Positions 9,252-16,695 of a stretch of DNA of 64,000 nt are shown here, in pieces. The position numbers and the translations under genes were made by a program. Each line of letters opens with the position of its first letter. The first letter of the stretch is position 1. This stretch comes from Leeuwenhoekiella sp. (lineage in GTDB: Bacteria > Bacteroidota > Bacteroidia > Flavobacteriales > Flavobacteriaceae). A model generated the notes under the pieces. The model worked only from the letters and a program-made list of their open reading frames with translations. It was not told the origin of the DNA and made no database searches. The stretch lies in the NCBI RefSeq assembly GCF_002708845.1, contig NZ_PAPI01000035.1. The stretch is one strand, 5' to 3'.

Positions 9252-10652
9252 ATGGAAATAAAGCATTTTAATAGCATACCCCGCATAACGGGAATTCTCT
9301 TTGTAGCATTTCTTATGCTAGCGGGTGGCTGCCAGGGGGAAGATGATGAGACTAAACCCGATTCAGGAGTTACAGATGATACTATTGCAGAGATCAGTTA
9401 CGAGTCCTCAACAGAGGTTATTGCCAATCCTGACAGAGGTTTTATGCATACCTATAGCGTGATGGCTGAAGGTGATGCCTTGTCACAAGATCTGCTCAAT
9501 TATTTAAAAAATGAAAAAGTGACTTTGATTCTGAGAGTGTATTATCTCGAAAAATTTAAGGATGCACCTCTTAGCCAGACACAGCTTGATTTGATAACCG
9601 AAGATTTTAACCGCATTCGTAAAGCGGGATTAAAAAGTATACTTCGCTTTGCCTACACCAATCAGATGGATGGCGAAGACGCTCCTATTCAAATTGTAGA
9701 GCAACATCTGGATCAGCTTAAAGACGTGGTAACCGCAAACTCAGATATTATACCTTTTGTCCAGGCGGGATTTATAGGTGCCTGGGGAGAGTGGCACGCA
9801 TCAAGCAATAATCTGACAACACCTGAAAATAAGAAGCGGGTGCTTACCAAGTTGTTAAATACCTTTCCACAAAATGTAATGGTACAATTACGTACGCCGA
9901 AGTTTAAACGTGAGATTTTTGACTATACTCAGGCCATAAACGAAAGTGTGGGTTATGGTACTTCAGATTTAGCCCGGGTAGGTTTTCATAATGATTGCTT
10001 TATGGCAAGCACAACAGATTATGGCACGTATGAAAATGTTGCAGCTGATAAAAAATACATAAGTGATGAAGCTTTTTTTGTGCCAACAGGAGGTGAAACG
10101 TGTCCGCCTTCAGGAATACCTGCAGCAAGTTGTACTACTGCAGAAGATGAAATGAGCCTTTTAAAATGGACCTATCTTAATTTGGATTACTACGGTCCTG
10201 TTCTAAACGGTTGGAGAAACGATGACTGCTTTGATGATTTTGAACGTAAATTAGGTTACAGGTTGTCCCTTAGCGAGGCAAAATTTCCTAAGAAAATCTC
10301 AGGTTCAGCTTCCCTAAAGCTAGATTTGAGCTTTAAGAACACCGGCTTCGCTCCGGTATATCTCAATAAAGAAGTCTTTTTGGTTTTCAAATCAGAAACA
10401 GGGAGCGAGACGTATGAAAAAGCATTAAATGTTGATTTAAGACGTGTAGTACCTGATGGATCTCTTGACTTTTCTGATACAGTTTCTATATCTGGAATCC
10501 CTACAGGAAATTACAAGCTGTATTTGGCAATTAAGGATGCGGCAGAAACTTTAAAAGATCTTCCCTCTTACCGAATTCAGCTGGCTAATAAAAATACCTG
10601 GGATGGTAAAGCCGGCACAAATGATTTAAAGCATAATCTGGAAATACAATAA
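9252..10652 (+). CDS. Secreted lipoprotein, putative glycoside-hydrolase-like protein (tentatively DUF4874/DUF4832 type)
   Basis: ATG 9252 gives a lipoprotein signal (…LMLAGGC|QGEDD). The ORF-track start at 9141 would overlap susD by 107 nt. FIGAWGEWH and FHNDCF segments resemble TIM-barrel GH-like DUF4874/DUF4832 proteins as I remember them. The family call is tentative. Confidence 0.6.
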   Translation: MEIKHFNSIPRITGILFVAFLMLAGGCQGEDDETKPDSGVTDDTIAEISYESSTEVIANPDRGFMHTYSVMAEGDALSQDLLNYLKNEKVTLILRVYYLEKFKDAPLSQTQLDLITEDFNRIRKAGLKSILRFAYTNQMDGEDAPIQIVEQHLDQLKDVVTANSDIIPFVQAGFIGAWGEWHASSNNLTTPENKKRVLTKLLNTFPQNVMVQLRTPKFKREIFDYTQAINESVGYGTSDLARVGFHNDCFMASTTDYGTYENVAADKKYISDEAFFVPTGGETCPPSGIPAASCTTAEDEMSLLKWTYLNLDYYGPVLNGWRNDDCFDDFERKLGYRLSLSEAKFPKKISGSASLKLDLSFKNTGFAPVYLNKEVFLVFKSETGSETYEKALNVDLRRVVPDGSLDFSDTVSISGIPTGNYKLYLAIKDAAETLKDLPSYRIQLANKNTWDGKAGTNDLKHNLEIQ

Positions 10653-10668
10653 CCTTATACACATAACT

Positions 10669-11532
10669 ATGAAAAAAATTGTTAACTGCTTGATGTTTTT
10701 GAGCCTGGTGTTGACTTACAGTTGCGCCAGTGATGATGATACTGCAACAGGAGATATGCCCGTTGCTGATTTTTCGTTTACAAATGACGGAAGCACATTT
10801 ACCTTTACCAATTTGTCTGAAAATGCAACAGCATACCGTTGGGACTTTGGGGATTTAAAATTTTATGGAAATGAAGAAAACCCGGTATATACCTATGACA
10901 TTGGCGGAGAATTAACGGTTTCCTTGACAGCATTTAATGAGAATGGTCAGGAATCTTACATTTCAAAGACCATTCAGGCTCCTGAGATTATTATTGTCAA
11001 TATCGAGGTTGACGGGGAGTTTGATGACTGGAATGATGTAGAATATGCTTACGAAAGCCCTGATCCTACACAAGGTTCAATGCAAAAAATGAAAGTATGG
11101 GCAAAAGGTGCAATGGTTAACGTTTATCTGGAAGGAAATACCAGTATGAATATGGCAATTGTGGATATGTTCATTAATTCTGACGGGGATGCAACTACCG
11201 GATTTTTACATGGGACATGGCCTGCTTCTTCGGGTGCCGATTTTCTATTTGAAGGACCCTTTGTAAGTAATGGATGGGGAGCTTTTTACAATCACATTGA
11301 TCCTAATGGAGGTTGGGGATGGGCTCCAATTGCAGGCTCGGGGGCTAATCTAAAAGTTTCAAACATAATTCCCTTGGATGACAATACTCATGCAGTTGAA
11401 TTTTCTATACCTAAATCTCAGTTTGGAAGTGTAGGAGAAAGTATAGGATTTGCTTTTACAGAATTAACTTCTGGCTGGTCTGCAGTAGCGAGTTTCCCTG
11501 ATGACAGTTCGTTTGTAGTTATTGAGCTTTAA
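10669..11532 (+). CDS. PKD-domain surface lipoprotein with a C-terminal putative glycan-binding domain
   Basis: Lipoprotein signal (…LTYSC|ASDDD). PKD signature FSFTNDGSTFTFTN…YRWDFGD. The C-terminal roughly 180 aa (VDGEFDDWNDV…) looks like a CBM/SusE-like module, which is inference. Confidence 0.7.
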   Translation: MKKIVNCLMFLSLVLTYSCASDDDTATGDMPVADFSFTNDGSTFTFTNLSENATAYRWDFGDLKFYGNEENPVYTYDIGGELTVSLTAFNENGQESYISKTIQAPEIIIVNIEVDGEFDDWNDVEYAYESPDPTQGSMQKMKVWAKGAMVNVYLEGNTSMNMAIVDMFINSDGDATTGFLHGTWPASSGADFLFEGPFVSNGWGAFYNHIDPNGGWGWAPIAGSGANLKVSNIIPLDDNTHAVEFSIPKSQFGSVGESIGFAFTELTSGWSAVASFPDDSSFVVIEL

Positions 11533-11581
11533 TCTCACCTATATCTATAAGAGATTTCCGGCTCGTTTTTAAAAGCATTCC

Positions 11582-12679
11582 ATGGTAAAACAGAAAGATA
11601 GATTAGATTCTATTGATGCCTTAAGAGGTTTTGATATGTTAATGATTATTGTAGCAGATCAATTCTTCTATTATTTGGATGCAGGAGCCGGTACAAATTT
11701 CACAGGTTTCCTGGCGAATCAGTTTTCACATCCAGAGTGGTATGGCTTTCATTTTTACGATATCATAATGCCATTATTCTTGTTTTTGGTGGGGGTGGTC
11801 ATTCCCTTCTCATTAGAAAGCAGACTAAAATCGGGTGAGTTATCTCATAAGACCTTATACATTCATATCTTGAGGAGGTTTTTTATTCTCTTTATTTTGG
11901 GCTGGGTCGTTCAGGGGAATCTTTTGGCATTTGATTTGGGTTCATTTAAGATTTTTAGCAATACGTTACAAGCTATTGCGATAGGCTACGTTTTTAGTAC
12001 AATGGCCTATATGCATTTGTCTAAAGGAAAACGCTATGTATTTTTTGTGGCTTGCCTTGTGATTTATATAATCCTACTGGAATTTGTATTTGTTCCCGGA
12101 TATGGAAAAGGTTTTATTGAGCCTGATAAAAATTTGGCTATTTATATGGATCGTTTAATTTTTGGGAGATTCGATGACGGATTTCAATATACCTGGCTGC
12201 TTTCTTCCTTTGGTTTTATAGCGACGACTTTGTCTGGGCTATTTGCCGGCGAGTTTGTAAAGCAAAACATTAAAGTTGAAAAGCGCCTTAAAAATTTAAT
12301 AGTATATGGAGGTTTACTCCTTATAACAGGACTTATTTTAAACTTGATACATCCATTTGTAAAAAAAATATGGACATCAACTTTTGTACTGGTAACCTCA
12401 GGTATATGTTCTCTGGCTTTAGCACTATTTTTTTGGATCATTGATATTAAAAAACAAAAAGGCTGGATCTTCCCGCTTAAAGTTATCGGTTCAAATGCGA
12501 TCGTGGCTTATGTACTCTCCCACATAATCAATTTTTCAGGTATTGCAGATCAACTACTTTTTGGTCTTAAGCAATTTTTTGAAGATTATTATGAGAGCGT
12601 CACAGTACTGGGCGGTTTTGCAATACTTTATGCATTGCTTTGGTATTTATATAAAAATAATACCCTAATCAAAATTTAA
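11582..12679 (+). CDS. Polytopic membrane acyltransferase-like protein (HGSNAT / DUF5009 / NagX-like)
   Basis: 365 aa with about 10-11 hydrophobic helices. The N-terminal RLDSIDALRGFDMLMII motif is typical of the heparan-alpha-glucosaminide N-acetyltransferase-like family. Confidence 0.6.
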   Translation: MVKQKDRLDSIDALRGFDMLMIIVADQFFYYLDAGAGTNFTGFLANQFSHPEWYGFHFYDIIMPLFLFLVGVVIPFSLESRLKSGELSHKTLYIHILRRFFILFILGWVVQGNLLAFDLGSFKIFSNTLQAIAIGYVFSTMAYMHLSKGKRYVFFVACLVIYIILLEFVFVPGYGKGFIEPDKNLAIYMDRLIFGRFDDGFQYTWLLSSFGFIATTLSGLFAGEFVKQNIKVEKRLKNLIVYGGLLLITGLILNLIHPFVKKIWTSTFVLVTSGICSLALALFFWIIDIKKQKGWIFPLKVIGSNAIVAYVLSHIINFSGIADQLLFGLKQFFEDYYESVTVLGGFAILYALLWYLYKNNTLIKI

Positions 12680-12715
12680 TTCAAATCAAAAGCATTTTAG
12701 ATAATTCAATAATCT

Positions 12716-14080
12716 ATGAACTCAAGAAGAAATTTCATAAAAGGCTCTGCCGTAGTAGGTGCAGGCATAACTCTTGCTCCCAATCTGGTATTTCCATTTA
12801 ATCGTAGACCCGCAACAGATCGCTTAAAAATAGCATTTATAGGGATAGGACTTAGGGGAACTAATCACCTCAACAACGCAATTCACCGTAAGGATACGGA
12901 GATTACTGCGATCTGTGACGTTGATCCAAAGCGAATTGAAATAGCGCTCGATCTCATTGAAAAAGATGGTAGAAAGAAACCTTTGGTTTTTGATAGTGAC
13001 GAGAATGCTTACCTAGACCTTTTAGATTCTCCTGAAGTAGATGCTGTTGTAATATCCACTCCGTGGCTATGGCATACTAAAATGGCTGTTGCGGCTATGA
13101 AAGCAGGGGTTTATGCAGGTCTTGAAGTTTCGGCCTCCCAAACTATTGAGGAATGCTGGGATCTTGTAAATACGCACGAGGCTACCGGCACACATATGAT
13201 GTTTCTAGAGAATGTGAATTTCAGAAGAGATGTGATGGCTGTGCTTAATATGGTTAGACAAAACGTCTTTGGTGAAATGCTGCATTACCGTTGTGGATAT
13301 CAGCATGATTTACGTGAAGTAAAATTCAATAATGGGAAACAACCTTATGGAGGTGGTGTTGAGTTTGGAGAAAAAGGTCTTTCTGAAGCACGTTGGAGAA
13401 CCAAACATTCGGTTCTACGCAATGGTGATACATACCCCACACACGGTGTAGGGCCCATAGCAGCAATGGCTGATATTAATAGAGGTAACCGCTTTACCAG
13501 TATGACAGCAAATGCCACTAAAGCTGTAGGTCTTCACAAATATGTTGTAGATCACGGTGGAGCAGACCATCCTAATGCAAAAGTGAAATTCAAGCAGGGA
13601 GATGTGATTACTTCTATGATTGAATGCGCAAACGGCGAAACCATTATTGTGACACACGACACCAATTTACCCAGGCCGTATTCACTTGGCTTTAGAGTTC
13701 AAGGCGCAAATGGACTTTGGGAAAAAGACGGAGATCGTATATATATAGAAGGAAAGTCGGAGCCACACCAGTGGGATAGTTCAGATGAATGGCTTAAAAA
13801 ATACGATCACCCGGTATGGCAAAAGTATGGTGAAGAAGCTAACGGTGCCGGTCACGGTGGTATGGATTATTTTGTGATGAAAGCATTTGTAGAATCGGCA
13901 TTGGCAAATGTAGCTCCTCCTATAGATGCCTACGACGCTGCAGCCTGGAGTGCCATTACCCCATTATCTGAAGCTTCCATCGAAAACAATGGCGAACCAC
14001 AAGAATTCCCTGATTTTACTCGTGGACAATGGGTTGCAAGAAAGCCTTATGATTGGATGAAAGCGGAATATGTTGGTTGA
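12716..14080 (+). CDS. GH109-family NAD-dependent alpha-N-acetylgalactosaminidase (Gfo/Idh/MocA fold)
   Basis: Tat-type signal (SRRNFIKGSAVVGAG) and a Rossmann start (KIAFIGIGLRGTNH). Long stretches match my memory of the Elizabethkingia GH109 enzyme: LENVNFRRDVMAVLNMVR, GVEFGEKGLSEARWRT, YPTHGVGP, INRGNRF, HPNAKVKFKQGD, GAGHGGMDYF and ITPLSEASIENNGEPQEFPDFT. Confidence 0.85.
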   Translation: MNSRRNFIKGSAVVGAGITLAPNLVFPFNRRPATDRLKIAFIGIGLRGTNHLNNAIHRKDTEITAICDVDPKRIEIALDLIEKDGRKKPLVFDSDENAYLDLLDSPEVDAVVISTPWLWHTKMAVAAMKAGVYAGLEVSASQTIEECWDLVNTHEATGTHMMFLENVNFRRDVMAVLNMVRQNVFGEMLHYRCGYQHDLREVKFNNGKQPYGGGVEFGEKGLSEARWRTKHSVLRNGDTYPTHGVGPIAAMADINRGNRFTSMTANATKAVGLHKYVVDHGGADHPNAKVKFKQGDVITSMIECANGETIIVTHDTNLPRPYSLGFRVQGANGLWEKDGDRIYIEGKSEPHQWDSSDEWLKKYDHPVWQKYGEEANGAGHGGMDYFVMKAFVESALANVAPPIDAYDAAAWSAITPLSEASIENNGEPQEFPDFTRGQWVARKPYDWMKAEYVG

Positions 14081-14258
14081 TAATACAGGTTAAAAAAATA
14101 AAAGTAATGGCAATGGTTTTAAATTGACATACAAATCAAGAGTTTAAACTTTAATACTGTACGTTTCATTTCTAGATAGGATGATTCTTATTCAATTATT
14201 TAGATTATAACGCAGAAATGAATTTAAAAAAACTGCCATTTTTAGTAGCGTAGCGGAT

Positions 14259-14320
14259 ATAAAATGAGTAGCAAGAGGGTAACACGCTGCGCGATGTTAC
14301 AGATGCATAACTCATTTTAT
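14259..14320. other. Two-tier perfect hairpin, possibly the terminator of the PUL operon or a small structured RNA
   Basis: An outer 11 bp stem (ATAAAATGAGT / ACTCATTTTAT) encloses an inner stem GTAACA(CGC-tgc-GCG)a-TGTTAC. It lies 180 nt downstream of the GH109 stop in a region with no ORF. Confidence 0.35.
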
Positions 14321-15060
14321 TTCAGTGATTTATATTTGGTGTTGCTACTTGATTTTGAAAAATTTGCAACAAATGTGCTTTTAAGCCCTATAAATAAGCA
14401 GATTTTTGCGACAAATCCGATTTAGATAGGAGTAAAGAAGGAAAGTATAGGTAGTCCTCACCACATTCCCCTGCACTGTGTTTCGGGGAAAGAGGTTCGT
14501 CCAGAAGGTCTTGAACACAGGCCAAAAATGTCAATTTTTTATTACCTAATTGGGTTAGCCATTTTTGACCTGAGTTCGCTGGGCATCCTAACTTGCAATG
14601 GACAATCTTTTCCTTTTGTGATTTATTTTCCTTTTAATACACTCCATACAGCATACCTTTTTTAATAGAAAAAATACAGGATTTTAAATTAGTCGGGCGC
14701 ATAAACCGGTCGGCCATGCCTTCCTATTTATAGCCCTTTTCTAATTTAAAATCCCGAAGGTAACAACTATCAAAAATGGTATTGCGACGGCTCTGGAGGA
14801 AGTAAATGAAACACCAAAATCCCGTATGCGTTTTGATCTACAAAACTATTTCAATTGAGCAAAAAAGGATTTGCTCAAGATGAAATAAGTAAATGGTTGA
14901 TGTATGTGATTTATGTTCCTGTATTTCACTGATTGTTTTTCTTTCACAAGCTTATTGATGATTCTTCCTATAAAAGATTTATCAGGCTCTATTAAAACCT
15001 ATTAACAGGAATTGTAGACAAAAATTAAGAAGCGACTTTTTTCAAGATAAATGGAAGTGA

Positions 15061-15100
15061 AAAAATGAGCCGATTATCATTCCTAATCGGCTCATTTTTT
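15061..15100. terminator. Bidirectional rho-independent terminator-like hairpin
   Basis: AAAAATGAGCCGATTA-tcattcc-TAATCGGCTCATTTTTT forms a 16 bp perfect stem with an A-run on the left and a T-run on the right. Confidence 0.6.
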
Positions 15101-15139
15101 GATTATATCTGAGCCAATTAACTACTTTAATCGCTCATC

Positions 15140-15463
15140 ATGTATAACTGGCAACACGAAGACTGGCTAAATTTTAAGTATACTACAACTGAAATAGAAG
15201 AGAAGCTCTTTGAATTCAAGCTTGTTTCTTTTACTTTGAGAAAAGCCCGTTTTTTTGATCTCCATAGAAATTCCCTGAATGAACATCAATTAAAGGTAGT
15301 TAATCGAATGCTTGACGAAGAAACTGGAGGGTTTAAAGGGAGTATGACCGCAAAAAAGTATATTGCCCTTACCATAACATCAAAAGCTAAAGCAACGCGA
15401 CCCTCAGGATTTGTGAGCAAAAAACTATTCGTCTCCATAGGTGACGGACGTACACGGTATTAA
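15140..15463 (+). pseudogene. Internally deleted Fic/DOC-family gene remnant (DUF4172-type N-terminus fused to the C-terminal wHTH tail)
   Basis: The 107 aa ORF starts YNWQHEDWLNFKY, like the DUF4172 N-terminus of Fic proteins. It then jumps to the C-terminal LNEHQLKVVNRMLDEETGGFKGSMTAKKYIALT…GDGRTRY tail. No HxFx(D/E)GNGRxxR Fic core is present. Confidence 0.5.
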
Positions 15464-15947
15464 ATTAACTTTCAAAACTGAATCTTTCTTGCTCGTATTT
15501 TTAGCGTACTAGAGGACTAGTTTAAGAATTTAAGTTATGCTTTATTTTATTAAAATGACTAAATTTACCTTGAAAGTTGGTAATCAGACGGTTATAAATT
15601 CACAGATCGTCAACAGAAATTTGACGAAAGCGACAATCCCCTGTGAATAGGGAGGTCTAGCCCTTGGGTTCTATCCCTGGTGAGGCTACAAATTCGGATT
15701 CTCCCGAGGCAACAGGGCTGTTGAGGTTTAAAAACATAGGTCTTAATTGACAGCATCGACCAGCCGCTGTAAATATTTCTTTCTGTGACCTTATCAGGCA
15801 TTTAACTCAAAGACTCCTTTTTACCGGGTAATTAGTATCCAATATGCGTATTTTTTAACCAGTGATTATTTTAAAAAACAAAAAGTTCTAACGGTAAAGT
15901 ATTGATTAATAGTTTTTTAGTGTGATTCCTGTTTTGGGATTTTAATT

Positions 15948-15963
15948 TGGTCGGTTAGTTGCA
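15948..15963 (+). promoter_or_regulatory. Sigma-54 (-24/-12) promoter candidate upstream of the 4HB sensor-kinase-regulator operon
   Basis: In TGGTCGGTTAGTTGCA, the GG (15949-50) and GC (15961-62) have exactly the spacing of TGGCACG-N4-TTGCW. The element ends 28 nt upstream of ATG 15992 and overlaps the ORF-track TTG start, which argues against that start. Confidence 0.55.
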
Positions 15964-15991
15964 CCCTCCAAAAGAATTTAAATCTCAAATC

Positions 15992-16612
15992 ATGGCAAAA
16001 TACCTTAATACCGCCCGGCGAATCAATACCATATTGGCGCTGGCAGTAGTTTTTTTACTTGTTTTGGCTACCAATCGTATTGATCAGCATCATTTTAAAA
16101 CTGTTCAGAATAATATGAATGAAGTTTTTGAAGACCGGGTGCTTGTACAGGATTATATTTTTTCAATTTCAAATATCCTTCGAGATCAGCAACTTGATTT
16201 GCTCAATGGTACTGGTGCAATTTCAGAAACCTTCAAGGACGAACAAATTTCTGAAATCATCACCAAATTTGAATCTACCAAGCTTACTCCCGCAGAGCAA
16301 AATTTGCTGAAGAAATTTAAGCAGGACTATAACAAGCTGGTAGCAATGCAGGATGATCCAATAAAAAACGCAGATCTTCAATTTAAAGAACGTACAAATA
16401 ACCGCCTCAATGCATTACAGCAAAACCTACTAGAGTTAAGTGAAATTCAGGTACAGGAAAGTAGGCGCCTTACCCGTGAAGCTCAGAAATCTCTTGATGT
16501 CAATGATTTATTGGCAAACCTTGAGATTTTCTTTCTCATCGTAATTGGTATTGCTCTGCAGGTATTAATTTTTTATAAATCAAAAAAGCTTGCTAAAAAA
16601 GATGCAGCTTGA
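15992..16612 (+). CDS. 4HB_MCP (four-helix-bundle chemoreceptor-type) sensor-domain membrane protein with no output domain
   Basis: It has an N-terminal TM helix (INTILALAVVFLLVLATN), then a roughly 150 aa helical ectodomain whose start (VFEDRVLVQDYIFSIS) is typical of PF12729-like bundles. A C-terminal TM helix (LEIFFLIVIGIALQVLIFY) is followed by only about 11 cytoplasmic residues. Confidence 0.7.
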   Translation: MAKYLNTARRINTILALAVVFLLVLATNRIDQHHFKTVQNNMNEVFEDRVLVQDYIFSISNILRDQQLDLLNGTGAISETFKDEQISEIITKFESTKLTPAEQNLLKKFKQDYNKLVAMQDDPIKNADLQFKERTNNRLNALQQNLLELSEIQVQESRRLTREAQKSLDVNDLLANLEIFFLIVIGIALQVLIFYKSKKLAKKDAA

Positions 16613-16695
16613 GATGCGATAAGAGGATTTTAAAGCCAAAGTTTTGGTCTTACACAAACAGGATGTTTAACTTAGACGATCTCTAAGATCGGCTT

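Noticed and set aside
14261-15099. AAAATGAG … CTCATTTT arms occurring at both the 14259-14320 and 15061-15100 hairpins, considered as terminal inverted repeats of a MITE-like element.
   Set aside because: Only 8-9 nt are shared, the sequence is AT-rich and common in terminators, no target-site duplication is seen, and no other copies occur in the window.
15610-15801. A 63 aa minus-strand ORF and a locally GC-richer patch (about 15636-15740) with short hairpins (CCCT-gtgaat-AGGG, CAACA-gggc-TGTTG). I considered a riboswitch or small RNA upstream of the sensor operon.
   Set aside because: I compared it by eye with the signatures I remember for cobalamin, TPP, guanidine-I (ykkC), Moco, c-di-GMP, tmRNA, RNase P, SRP and 6S RNA. 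I found only fragmentary resemblance, such as AATAGGGA and CTCCCGAGG. The ORF has an implausible composition and no context. It should be run through Rfam cmscan before anything is claimed.
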